Made by a program: the position numbers and the translations under genes. From Chromera velia (lineage: Eukaryota), in assembly GCA_018398765.1 (NCBI GenBank), contig JAHBMJ010000251.1:1-52933 (forward strand): a stretch of DNA of 52,933 nucleotides, read 5' to 3'. The notes under the pieces are model-generated. The model was not told where the DNA came from. It saw only the letters and a list, made by a program, of their open reading frames with translations, and did no database searches. Positions 10,576-23,138 of this stretch are shown one piece after another (positions within the stretch are counted from its first letter, which is position 1; each line of letters begins with the position of its first letter).

Positions 10576-12766
10576 TTACATCCCCCCGAAGTCAAAATTG
10601 CCAGCAACCTTGGAGCACACCCACTCTCCGTACACAATGCCCTCCGAGACAGGAACCTGCGGGTGGGTACCAGAAGAACACGGGGGGTAGAAAGTACTGT
10701 TCCAGACGGCATTAATGCTCTTTCTCTCTCTCACATTCACAACGGCACTCACTCACGACCTGATCAAGACAGGCGGAAGGAACGTAAAAGAACAAGCAAG
10801 CCTGATGATCGAATAGAATTAAGCATGCAGTGAAAAAAAAGACGAAAAGTCCCAAGAAAAGAAGACCCAGGGGCCGGCGTGCACATGTCTCCATTAATGT
10901 AAACAGACTGATGTGCCCATACATCGCTTTAAGGATAAAGCCCCTTGCTTGCTGTCAAGCCGACCCACCCACCTTCACTCCCCCGGCGAGGTTGAACGTG
11001 CAGGCTTCTGAGTCGATCGGCCCACCTCCCCCGTCCCCTGCCCCCCCCTCAGTCACGATAGGCTTCACAACAGTGAACACGTTTGGCTCGCAGAAGAAGG
11101 GAATCGAGGTGCGCTCTCGCCCGGCTGCACTTGAAGTTAAGCCAACAGAGATGCATCCAGGAGGTTATTTAATGAATGCTAGCGATACATATCGCAAGTA
11201 ATCGATGATCCGTGTTGCTGAAGCATGGCATACACACGTCAGAGAGAGCGGTGGCATCATGATTGAAACTCGATGGACACAGCACCGGCCTACTAGGAGG
11301 AGAGGTTCGGTGCGTCGTTTTTTTTTCTTTTTCTATGTTGATTGATACGGAAAACAGGCATATACGTCTGCGCAAGTCGGCACTATTAGTTGTCTGTGTG
11401 ATGTAGAGGGTCGCAGGAAAAAATAGATAGATGAAAAAAAGCTGTGCCATCGACTCCCTCCCCCCCCCCCCCCNNNNNNNNNNNNNNNNNNNNNNNNNNN
11501 NNNNNNNNNNNNNNNNNNNNNNNNNNNNNNNNNNNNNNNNNNNNNNNNNNNNNNNNNNNNNNNNNNNNNNNNNNNNNNNNNNNNNNNNNNNNNNNNNNNN
11601 NNNNNNNNNNNNNNNNNNNNNNNNNNNNNNNNNNNNNNNNNNNNNNNNNNNNNNNNNNNNNNNNNNNNNNNNNNNNNNNNNNNNNNNNNNNNNNNNNNNN
11701 NNNNNNNNNNNNNCCCCCCCACTCACTTACTTTTGTTGTCCACGCGGTGAAGTGTGCTCTTCCACCGGAGGTTCGTGAGGACTGCCAGCATGTCGCCAAT
11801 GTTCACTACCAACGCGCCTGCAATAAAGGAAACAAAAAAGCAGAAGCTCCAGCATGCAGCTGAAAGAGGAAGACGAACGATTCAGTAAATGATTGACTAG
11901 ACGCTCTCACCCCACCGTACCAAATCGTGACTGAAGAAGACAAAGCCAACAAGGCTCAGTGTGTATTCAAACATCAGAGGGTGACGAAACCCCACGCACG
12001 CTCGCTTCTTATCTTCACCCCTAAAGCAAACATGTCGTAATCAAATTTCTCATACATACGCCTCGAAAAACAGAGCAAGGCCAACCTCGGATTGAATGCT
12101 GGAAGGCGTGTGCAACCAAACGAACAGGCAGGCACATCGCTTCCCTCCCATGGGCAGACAAAGGAAGACGAAGCTCGGAAGGGTTGCGTTTGTGTGTGTT
12201 ATACTCCCTCGTACTCTCTCCATTCAGCTATCTTTTCTTGACACGCTACCGGATGAAACTGAGGAACTCGCATACCAACAAAGTAAGGAGCATCCAGGCA
12301 TGCAGACACAAGATGGAATCACCAATCGACAAACGCACCTTTGAGAAAGGAAAAAGAGAAACCAACCTTTGAGAGGGTCTACAGGCAGCCACCGCCCTCC
12401 TTTTCGTTCTCCCTCTGTCCCGCTGTGTCCTCTCCCTTCATTGGAGGGGTCAAGGAAGACCTCCAGGGCACCTGCAAGGATGTGAAGATGCGCAATGAGG
12501 AATTAAGGCATCAACGTGCACAGATTGAAGACAGATGAGCGAAATGGAGATGTTTGTCGATCACCCGACGGATTTTCTGTGTTCTTCTTTCCTGGCACCA
12601 GAAAGTGTGCAGGAAAGATGAAAAAAGTAGGCATACCGTCATGATCTCTGATCAAATTAAGTGACGATCGGGATCTGTGCTCAAAGACAAACAACTACTT
12701 GGAAGGAAAGAAAGCATGAACGTTTTCTCTGAAATGAAGGAGCTGCCTACAAGAAAGAAAAAAAAA

Positions 12767-12798
<32 letters not shown>

Positions 12799-12940
12799 AG
12801 ACACACCTGGAGTGTCATCTTGATTCACCAGAGTCAAAAATCCTGCAGGCAGGCAGGCAGACAGGCAGATACGCAGATTCGAGTCAATGAAACAGGATCA
12901 CCAACTCTCTTTCAGACATTCACAATTCACGTATAAACCC

Positions 12941-12982
<42 letters not shown>

Positions 12983-14163
12983 CAACAGAGAATGAAAACC
13001 TGCATATCTGATTGCTTGTGCTTTTCAGTAGTCCACCTGGGAAGACAAAGATCTGACCCCTTTACTTACACAAATGAAATTTCAGTCCATCGTCCTTGAC
13101 TGCAATCCACCGTGAAGGACGACCAAAATTAAAGAGGAAACACACACCCAATACCAACCCAAACCTGTCTGCCCCTTCAAATCTATTCACTGACTGACTG
13201 ACCATAGTCTGTGTGTGCCCCGACTCCGTGACCAAACTCTTCTCCGTCGCCCCCTTCTCCTCCTGCCTTGTCTCCCGATGCGCCTGCTCCTCCGGTCTCT
13301 TTTTCCCCTTTCACCCCCCCCTCTGCTCCCTCACTGCCTCGCAGCTGCATCGAACTACTGGCACTCTCCCGCGTTGCAGGCTGGCCTCGAGAGATCCTGC
13401 ACAGACACAGAAAAAATGACTCTTCGATTTGCAAAATCATCACGATCATCTATGTTGGTATCAGTAATTTCAATTTCAGAACCTGCATCAAACGACTCAA
13501 GTTTTACTTGGTTAATTATGCGGCTTGATCCATCGATCAGATTTTCTTTTTTCATTGGGGGGCTTCGGGAAATCTTGTCACAGAGTCAAACGTAGACACA
13601 GACAGACTATATGTTTCTTCTTCTCCCTCCTTTTCTTTATGTACACAACAGACAAAAAAGAAAATTTCTTCCTTCATCTCGCATCCTTGTCACCCTGCTT
13701 CATCTTCTTTTACATCAGTCAGGAAGAAAGAGAAAAGGATTCAAAGGCAGGGAGAAAAGAAGAAAACACAAAACGAGACACTCACCCGTTCGCTGCCCCC
13801 CCCGCTCCCCTAGGAGGGTAGTGGATAAATCTGAGGCCCCAGAACCCTCTAGGGTCGAGGCTCTTGTCGAAGGTCTCGGGGGGCAGGCCGAAGCAGAGGG
13901 CAGTAGCAGACATCAGAAGCACTGCAACGTGAGGGCGTGTATTCAACAAGTTTGGTCGCGCGCAAGTGGTAAGTTTTTGAAAAGTTCGTGTGTCCTCGGA
14001 GGGCAGCTCAGCTAAGTTGGAGGCCCAAGAAAATCTGAAGTTCGAATACATATTTTTTTTGCGCATGATGATCAAAGTCCTCCAGTATGAGTGAACAGCC
14101 AATGAGGCACTCACCTGTAAGATAACTGGGCCTCACGTTAAAGTTATACACACCGTAAGATAA

Positions 14164-14196
<33 letters not shown>

Positions 14197-15325
14197 TGAC
14201 ATACACACACACACACATACACACACACCCTCACGCACGGACACACACGTACTCACGCGCACACCCACACACACACGCGCGCATACATACATACATACAT
14301 ACATAGACACGCACGCACGCACAAGCAGAGAGAAAGGCGGTGGTGGGGGAAATGCAGAATCACACGCACTTCCATTTGCCCTCGATCGATTGCTTCACTG
14401 ATGTCCCCCCTGTGCATGCCCCCCCCTTCCTTTCCATGATCAACGCATTTTCGACACCCTTCCCCCCCCCTTTTCCCAACTTAGCGACTGACTTCCGACT
14501 TTCTTGACCTTCTCCACGTATGCCTCGGTCCTTTCCTTGAAGTCCTCGGAAGGCCAGAGGTTCTTCCCTGTGATGAACGGTTTCTGCAAGAGGAGTGATA
14601 GAAGGAAGGGGGTAGAACCAAAAGAAAAGAAAAGAAAAGCGGAGAAAGACAGATGTCCAAGTAAATTGGGTGGGGGAAAATCCGAGTGCGTGTGTGTGAG
14701 TATGAGTATGAGTGCGTACGTGTGTTACAGAGAGGGAGAGAGAGGAAACTTATGGACTTTGGTGGGTTGGACAAATGACAGCGAGAGAGCGTCTCGAGAA
14801 AGCGAGACGATAAAACACCCGATGGAACAACACCCACTTTCCATATTACTTTTTTTTTTCTTCCCATTTTGTCTCAGTACTCTCAAATGAGCACACAGGA
14901 GGAGTGCCAAAATCTGAACTTACCATTTTCCCCACAATGCCCGTCTTCATGAATCTCACAGCTTCCCCCTTCATCCCCTCTTCCATCTCTGCCGTCTCCA
15001 CCTCCTCCCAGAGATCCAACGCTGAGTGTCTGTCCCTTTTTCCCAACGTCACATTGTCCCCCAGGTTCTGAAATCCTCTGAAGGTCTCTGGTTGCTTCGC
15101 CATCCCGATGCCTTCCAAGTCCTCCCTAGGCCGCCTGAACAGATCCCTGGCAAGAAGGTGGGGTTCCTCCAGCTCTCCCTCTGAGAGACCGTGGCCCACC
15201 AGGTAGAAGAAGCCGTGCTTCTTTGCTGCAGCATCAGGTGAGGGCCCGACTGCTTCTCTTTCTTTGTAATCGTGTCTTTTGTTTTTTTAAAGATGGCTCT
15301 CGGTTGTAAGTGCAGAAATAAGACG

Positions 15326-15396
<71 letters not shown>

Positions 15397-15688
15397 CGCG
15401 GCAAAAAACGGACACAGACAGCTACCGGAGAGGAGGCACACTAGGCAGCAGTCCTGCAACAAACAATCCAAGAAGAAAGCAAGCAAGAAAAAAAAAATAA
15501 AAAAAGAAGAAAGAAAGCAAGGAAGGAACAAAGTAGGGAAGAAACAACCCCCCTAACGGACCTGCATCGTCCAAGGACCCCACGAAGGCCATCACCTTCT
15601 CGTTCTCTCGAGACACGGGACCCTCAAGAAGACCGCTCATGTCGAGCACCGGGAGGGTCCTTTCGTTAGTTGGAGGAGGGACGTCCAT
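10576..15688 (-). CDS. 2-oxoglutarate/Fe(II)-dependent oxygenase (IPNS-like, DIOX_N + 2OG-FeII_Oxy), 10 exons
   Basis: Phase-consistent GT-AG exons: 15688-15562, 15225-14924, 14583-14493, 13921-13786, 13333-13203, 12842-12807, 12471-12367, 11817-11731, 11124-10973, 10656-10576. Motifs: LPVLD, HGFFYLVGHG, NLWP, LRFIHYPP, GAHTDYG (HxD), VVNIGDML..STLHRV, RTSIPFF (RxS). Confidence 0.92.
11474..11713. other. Assembly gap inside intron 8 of the oxygenase, flanked by poly-C
   Basis: N run bordered by C homopolymers on both sides. Confidence 0.9.
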
Positions 15689-15779
15689 TCTTTGTAGAGC
15701 GGTGGGCGGGTAAATAGAAAAAAGTAAGGAAACGCTCCACTTTTTTTTTTGAGCTTCGAAAACTTCGTCTTTGACGATG

Positions 15780-16140
15780 TCACTGATACATGCATGCACG
15801 AAGAGATCCTATCTTGTCACGCGTCGATCTTGAGTCGGTTGCAGTCTGCACGCCGTCTCCGTCTCTTCTTCTTCAGCAGGATACCCTCAAGCTGCCTTAC
15901 AAAAGTGAAACAGCAGGAGACGCTTGACAGAAATGATGCAGTAGGGCTGGCCCGGCTTGGTCGGAGCTATGCGGCCGGATTCTAAGAGACTTCCGACATG
16001 TTCCGACGACAGAAAGAGACCGAGAGACGGCAGCGGATGGCCAGCCATGCATGCAAGTTCGCGTCGGCGGCCGCGCGTGGACGGCCGCCGGACGCGGCCG
16101 GGACGCGCGCGGTCGGCTCGGCAGGGCTCAGCTAGGGCAA
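15780..16140. promoter_or_regulatory. GC-rich bidirectional promoter between the oxygenase (-) and the epoxide hydrolase (+)
   Basis: TGCATGCA at ~15791 and ~16048 followed by a CG-rich palindromic tract (16061-16125), inside the ~660-bp divergent spacer. Confidence 0.5.
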
Positions 16141-16350
16141 GTTCAAAGATCCGACAAGCACCCACTGAGCAGTCGACAAAACACTTCATTCAGTCACTCA
16201 CTGTCACTGTCCGCGACTCAAAAGTCGCGGGTGCAGTTCTTGAAGTGTGAACCTGAGGGGCAACCCTGCTGCATGCTTGAAGCCCGGGGAAAACGCAGCT
16301 AACATAGTTGCCTTTCGTTGACTGTTTTTTCTCTTGCATCCCTTGGCGAA

Positions 16351-17451
16351 ATGTTAGGCCGTCTCCTTTTTTTGGGCAGTCTCCTTTCTGCCCTCCTGGC
16401 GTTGATCCTTGCGTTCCCCCCCGGCTGGCTTCTTCTGAAGAGCCACGAAAGCTTTCCTTTGGTGTTTGGAACTGCAGAGGTGACAGTCCCGCAGGGGGGG
16501 TGGAGGCCTCACCTTCAGTTCTTCAAAAATTCTCTGTCAGAGACGGTGAAGGAGGTCTCAGTGGAAGCGCTGAAAACAGAGTACTTTAGTCATGTGACGC
16601 CTTACGGAGAGAAGGCGCAGGCGGCAGTGACAGCCTACTTGGCGGAGGAGACGAGAGTAAAGCCGATGGGGAGGGACGAGAGGGAATGGTACTTTGACTC
16701 CGACTGGGAAGGGTTTCTGAAGTTGTGGGAGAAGGAGGGAGGAGACGTAGTGTGGAAGCCTCTGGAGACGGTAACGAAGGAGACGGGGTCACGTCATTAC
16801 GTGACGCAAATTGAGGGTCTGGGGGTCCACTTTATGGTCACAGAGATTGAAGGAAAGGACGCAAACGCCCCCCCTCTTGGGCTCCTGTTGATGAATGGCT
16901 GGCCCTCTAATCTTCACGAGTGGTTGCCTCTCCTGTCTGCGTGGAAAAAAGAAAAAGACCTAGTTCCCAATCGACCTCTGAAGATTGTGACCGTCTCCAT
17001 TCCTGGTCTTGGCGCGTCTTTCAGTGAGAATCCGACTCGTCAGTTCCTCGTCACTTCTGCAGCACACGTCATTCGTGTCCTTGCGGAACAGCGACTGGCC
17101 GGTTTATTTGAGCGGTACATCGTGTGCGGCACAGATTGGGGCGCGTTGATCAGTGAAATGATGGCTATCATGGTGGCAAGGGAACAGGGGGAGAGAAAGC
17201 TGGCTGGAATCTTCCATGGAATGGCTGTAGCTGCCTCGCCCCCCCATGAGCTTCTGCTGTTTCAGATGCATGAGGGGGTGGGTCGAATTCTTCTGCAGGG
17301 GGAGGACGAGGCGGTTGTTCGAGTTTTCTCTTCCAAAAGGGGGGCGGCAAGGGAATTAATCGGCCAATTCTGGGAAAGGTGAGTGTCCGGCTTCGCTTTT
17401 TGCAAGTTTCTAATGTAGTGCTGTCTCAAGTTGAGGAGGAGAACAGACATC

Positions 17452-17497
<46 letters not shown>

Positions 17498-17500
17498 CTG

Positions 17501-17534
<34 letters not shown>

Positions 17535-19248
17535 AGAGAGAGAGAAAGAAAGAGAGATTGTGGGTACATGCAAAAACGGTTTGTTTGTGTTTTGAGACTG
17601 CTTTGGTCTCACGTCTCTTCGTTAACTCAGGAATTCTCGTCAGTGTAAGCAAAGGGCGACAAGCGCGCTACTTCTGCATATCCCTGTAAATGACTCTAGC
17701 AGACTGATCACAAGTATCTGTTCTCATTGACTTTCTTTCCCTTTGCGCCTGTGTATGCGAAACGCAATGCCTGTCTGTCTACGTTTGCAGAAGTGCATAC
17801 CAACACATGTTGAACACCCGACCTGTTGGAACAGCAATGGCGATGGGCACCTCCCCTTTGTCTTTTTGTGCCCTCGTGTTTGAGAAATTCTATGAATGGA
17901 GCTCCTTGGGGAGGCCGGTCGGTCCGTCTGTTCTCTCTTTTTTCTTTTCTTTTTCTCGTCCAGTATTTTTTTTCTCAGTCCGTTTGTTCATTTTTCTTTT
18001 TTTCGGTATTTTTGTTGTCTCTCTTCTTCCTCACGTGGTCGTCTCTTTTCTTTTTCTCGGGCGGTATTTTTGTTGTCTCGCTGCTTGTTCACGTGGTCGT
18101 CTCTTTTCTTTTTCTCGGGCGGTATTTTTGTTGTCTCGCTGCTTGTTCACGTTGTCGATTCTGCACGTCTGTCCATCTCTATCCGCCCTCAGGTGTTTCT
18201 ATCTGTTGACTTGTTTCCCTTTCGTTCGGTTCTTTCATTGATTTCCTTTTGGCTGGCAGCTCTTCTATTTGCATTGGCCTTCCCTTCCTGACCGTCGCTG
18301 TGGGTTGAGGGCTTGAGGGGTTTGTGTGGGTTCTGGATACGTTTCAAGCCCCATAGTTTTTCTTTTCTTTCTTTGCGACGGGACGCAATAGCCTATGTAT
18401 GAAGCCTGTTCGCCTTTCGAAGTCATCTGAAATGAGGGAAAGAAACACGTCCCTGCAGGATGTAAGCAAGACTGAGCGCGAGGCTCTTTGGCGTCAGATC
18501 GCGTCTGTGTGCACAATGGCCGGAGCCAATCGTGGCATGGAGGCTGGATTCAGATACTACAGAGAGAACATCCCCGTGATGTACACAGAGCTGATGAGAA
18601 CGCGAATGCCCCAGAGCGTGCCCTTCGCCCTGGCCTCCTTCCCGGGAGATCCTTTCAGCGCTCTGGGCCCGGAGAGGTATCTGAGGCTTCGGTACCCTTC
18701 GGCTATACAGGTCGGGTACTTTTTGCTTTTTTTTATGAGAGAGGGAAAGTCTGTGTGTGTATGTGTGTGTATGTGTGTGGATGGATGGAAGAACGAAAGA
18801 AAGAAAGAGGGATAGAGAGGGATGAAGAACATTGAGCGTCCCCCACTCTATTCGAGACATTTTTGTATGGGTTTCCATCGGCACTTGAAGAGGGCTTTTG
18901 GTTGGCATTCTTTGGCTTCTTCTCTGGTACATAACTTCTCTGTCTATCGCGGGCTGCTGCTCATCAGTGATGGACTCTTCAAGAAAGCATGTCTGTCAGC
19001 GTGTCGAGTGTTTTGTTTTTTGGTACAAGTCAGAACGTGCGGATCGGGGGATGTCGACGCACGCAAGACGAGAGGCCCGAGCGCCTATCTATCCAAGTTG
19101 AGGCTGAGGGATGCCGATCGAAGTCTCTGGGACTCTGTGTTCCCACTTTGTCTCCCTCCCCTGTCTGTCTTCTTCTCCGGCTTCTTCTTCTTCTTCTTCT
19201 TCTTCTTCTTCTGGCTCTTTTCTCTCTCTCCCCCTCTCCCCCTCTCTG

Positions 19249-19334
<86 letters not shown>

Positions 19335-19523
19335 TGAGTGAGTGAGTGAGTGAGTCTGTCTCTCTGCCTGTGAAGCGAAAAAGACAGTTTTGATTGTGTG
19401 CGTGGCTGTCTCCCGTCACAGGTGAGACGTCATTCAGAAGGAGGCCACTTTCCAAGTTTAGAGGTTCCCCTCCTTCTGGCGACCGACCTTCGAGACTTTG
19501 TCAACGCTCTTCTAGTTGGGTGA
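16351..19523 (+). CDS. Microsomal/juvenile-hormone-type epoxide hydrolase (alpha/beta hydrolase with N-terminal membrane anchor), 4 exons, ~502 aa
   Basis: Exons 16351-17378, 17791-17917, 18459-18710, 19422-19523 are phase-consistent. Motifs: TQIEGLGVHF, LLMNGWP, SIPGLG, GTDWG (nucleophile Asp), AYQHMLNTRP, GGHFPSLEVP. Confidence 0.9.
17960..18155 (+). repeat. ~58-bp intronic minisatellite, about 3 copies
   Basis: cggtatttttgttgtctcgctgcttgttcacgtggtcgtctcttttctttttctcggg repeated. Confidence 0.85.
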
Positions 19524-20536
19524 TGCGCGGATCGAATGCGGCTCTAGAGACAACATGAGACAACAACAAATTAAAGAAGTTGAAGCTGTTTCAACAACGT
19601 TACCCAGTACTTTGATAGAAAATTTGCATTGCAATATATGTTTAGTAAAAAACTTTTTGACTCTTATAACCGAGTATAAACAATTTGATCATAGTACATT
19701 TACTTTCAATAGTTAGCTACCTCTTAATTTTTTTTTTTGTACTTTCTAGTTGTATTAAAGGAATCGAAAGTTGAAAAAATTATTAGAACTTGAGCCTTAC
19801 TCTGGTTGCTTACACTGCATGTCAGCACTTCGTTTCACATCCGGAAGAACAACCGTCTCCTTTTTGTTATTTAATTTTTAAAAATTGTTGAGCTTTTATC
19901 ATAAAAATGCTCTCAGAGACCATAAAGTATTATGCAATATAATCTCTGATAGAAATTGTGCAAGCAGTATTGTTTCTTAAGAATAAACTAGAATAAACTA
20001 CTAAATATCCCTCTCCGAAATTCATACCCTGCTGCACCCTGCCACACCCTGCTCCGGACGCTTTTATCTCTTGCTTTGCCAACTGCTTTCAATTCTGCTT
20101 TCATGTCTTGAAAAAGATGGGAGAGATGCAGGGATCACAAACGCTATAGCTGTGCCGCCGCCGATCGACGCCGGCCGGCCCTCCAACCGCGCACCCGGCG
20201 ACTGACCTAACATGCGCATGCACGCGCTTTGCATGTGGACCCATTTTGGCGCCGCCAGCGATCGGGGCACTTTAATTGTTGTCATCCCTCTTCGCTTTTG
20301 TAGACCAGCGTGCAGTGCCGTACACGTATCCACGTCTTAATTGTCAGTATTGCCTGACTATGTATTGCTTGACTATGGACTCCCAGGAGGGCTGGCAAGG
20401 GGCATTGGTTGACTTGCATCCAAGTTGACAAACTGTAGCGTCCAAGAGTGAAAGCCACGCAAATCGTTCCTTCTGTTGGCAGTACTCTTCTCATTGAACT
20501 CCACACTCTCGCGTTACTCTCTGCCCGTATCTCAGA

Positions 20537-21511
20537 ATGGGAGCAATCTGTTCTGCCGCTCTGAGCAATGCTACCAAAGCCAATGCACCGGGTGGAATCC
20601 CCGGAGGAGCTCCTAAGGAAGGGGACGTCATTATGCTTTGGGATTGTGGCGTCATCGGCACAGTCAAGAGCGTAGAAGAGCAGAACCGCAAAGTTACCAT
20701 CGAGGAAGTGGGGTCCAAGGACGAGGGCAGGTACGTATGCCTCTCTGGCAGCTGCATGGGTTATGCAACTGGCTGCCTTCTCACACTAACACATGTTCTT
20801 GGTATTTGAGCGAACAGCTTGAAGCAAGCGTTCATCTTGCCTTCCGAATGCATGCATGCATGCAGGTATAACTACGCAAACCGGAAGGGCGTCCCTGAGT
20901 GGAAGCCTGTGGCTGCAGAGCCCCTCCTTGCTCCCTTCATTCCGACCAACTTTCAGTGCACAGCCAGCTACAGAGGAGATCAGGTCGGTTACGTTTGTTT
21001 GGGGGCCACGACTTGTCTGTATGCCAAAGTTGCATGCGTGCACATGTATATATATGTCTGCATGAATGTCTGACCTCTCTGTCTGCCTGTGCAGGTGAAT
21101 GGGATCGTGATGGGAGTCAAAGACGGAAAGATCACCGTCCACTTCTATCCTGATGAGGCCCATTCATGCGACAAGACCAACTGGAAACTCGGAACCACCG
21201 AACACTACGCACCCACCGAGGTTGTCCCGGGTCACACCGGAAAGGACCGACCGCGCAACCGAACGCCGGATGAGATTGAGGCCGAGGGCAAGAAGGTGAA
21301 GTCCTACGGTGTAGCATACATCTACTGTGGAGGTTGCGGCAACGGAGTGTGGGAGGACCCCTGTCCCTGCTACACTGGCGGCGGGCGCAAGGGCACTTTC
21401 TGTCAGCAGTGCGGTAAGGGCGCCTCCTCTGGCAGCACGGTCTGCTGTGGGAAGGCTGTCGGGGACGGGGCGCAGAACCAGGGATACCCGGCAATTCTGG
21501 ACAGGCAGTAG
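20537..21511 (+). CDS. Hypothetical 242-aa protein with MGAIC acylation motif, beta-rich modules and a Cys-rich C-terminus, 3 exons
   Basis: Exons 20537-20730, 20866-20983, 21095-21511 join in frame at GT-AG sites. C-terminus YCGGCG..CPC..FCQQCG..VCCG. Confidence 0.8.
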
Positions 21512-22893
21512 ATGGATGGACAGAAAGAATATATACTTCTGGATGCTCTAGAAGAGAATTAAGGGGCGGGGTCAAAGAGGAGTGAGTAAAGTTACCGGTT
21601 CTTCAAGTAAAAGAATGGTGCGTGATTGAATTCAGGAAGGAGCCTAGCTGCCTGCAGGGGTGTACTGTACAGCCAGTGAGTGAGTAACTGCATGAGCGAG
21701 GGCGTGCATCTGCGTGACGGATGTATGGACCAACTTGAAGAAGCCAGGGGCGCCTCTGAGGAACAGACGAGAGAAAGCTTTGAGTCTTTTCCCTGCAGTT
21801 GATGGACGTCGGTTGGCTGTGGGGGTTGTGGTGGGGGTGTTTGCCTTGCATGCATGGAAAAGAAAGGGAGAGCTAGGCTCCTCGGACCCTCTTTGTGCTT
21901 GCCTGCCTTTCTCAATGAATGAGTGAGCATGACACGGTCTGTCCCGCAACTGGGACAAGGCAGTCGGAAAGAAAGAATGAACAAATCAAACAAAGCGAAT
22001 TCACGTCAGACAAAGCGGAACCCAGATTACCTCGATCTGTTAAAAAGGAATTCCGTCAGCCCCTTTCCATCCATGCATGTGGAAAGCACGCACGCACGCA
22101 GGAAGTTTTGCCCTGGATTGGCTGGTTGGTGAACATCCATTTGGATCACGAGAAGGAATCAGAGGAAGGCCGCAGCAAGGAAAACATGAACACAAGAAGG
22201 CAGGGGAAATATGAGAAACGTATCCAATGCTAGATCAAATGCAGAGCGGAAGTACGTTTCAGGTTCGAAACGCCTTTTTATGCGCTGCTGGAATGATAAA
22301 GCTTGCTTTCATGGCCTCAAATGTGTGTTTTCACAGTTAATTCGCATTAATGTGTCCAGAACGAACTGAAAGCTAGACTGAAAGAATGTTGAAGGTGTTG
22401 GACCTTCTGCTCAGTGTCAATGACAGCCCCAGTCAGCCAGGGACTCAGTCAAGCAGTCACCTGTGTATGATAAAGATGCATTGAAGCTGGGTCACAGCCT
22501 GGGTGAATATCGATCTACAGATGAGATCCATCTGTATATAGCTACGTATATAAAAAGGCACAAAAAAACTCTGCCGGACAAAAATCTTTATTTTAGATAT
22601 TTATTTTTTTTTTTTTTTACCGAAAATTTTTAAATTTTTCTAGTCAACTAGATGATGTATAATGAGGATGAGAATTTTTTGTATCAAATGAAATATAACA
22701 TGCATGCAAAGGCTGAATTAAGCCACGTTCGTGCAACAAAAAGGTTGATCGAAAACGGCCTAGAAGAGATTCCAGGCGGGCCACGGGGTGTGGTTTGAGC
22801 CTTAGCGATAGGGCACACCCCCTTACCGTTTGCGGGGGCGACCTCTATAAGATAAAACGGCGACAGTGCTCAAAGGCACCACTAAATCACTTA

Positions 22894-23138
22894 GGGGCAG
22901 CGTACTAAAGATTTTTGGTAACCCAGTTACATTAGGTGGCTGACCCCCCCCCCCCTGACCCCTTTTATTATTTAATTTGGTAACCCCCCCCCCCCCCCTT
23001 AACCCCCGAGGCTTGGTAGGGGTGATGTAAGGAGGGAGGCGTGTTTCATTGCATGCCCATAGGTTAATATGAATTGTAACTCCGTCCCCCTCCCCCCAAA
23101 CGTAACTGGGTTACCAAAAAACTTTAGTACGCTGTCCC
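22894..23138. mobile_element. 245-bp Tourist/PIF-Harbinger-like MITE
   Basis: ~37-bp TIRs GGG(G/A)CAGCGTACTAAAG(A/T)TTTTTGGTAACCCAGTTAC; TTA target-site duplication at 22891-22893 and 23139-23141. Confidence 0.88.
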
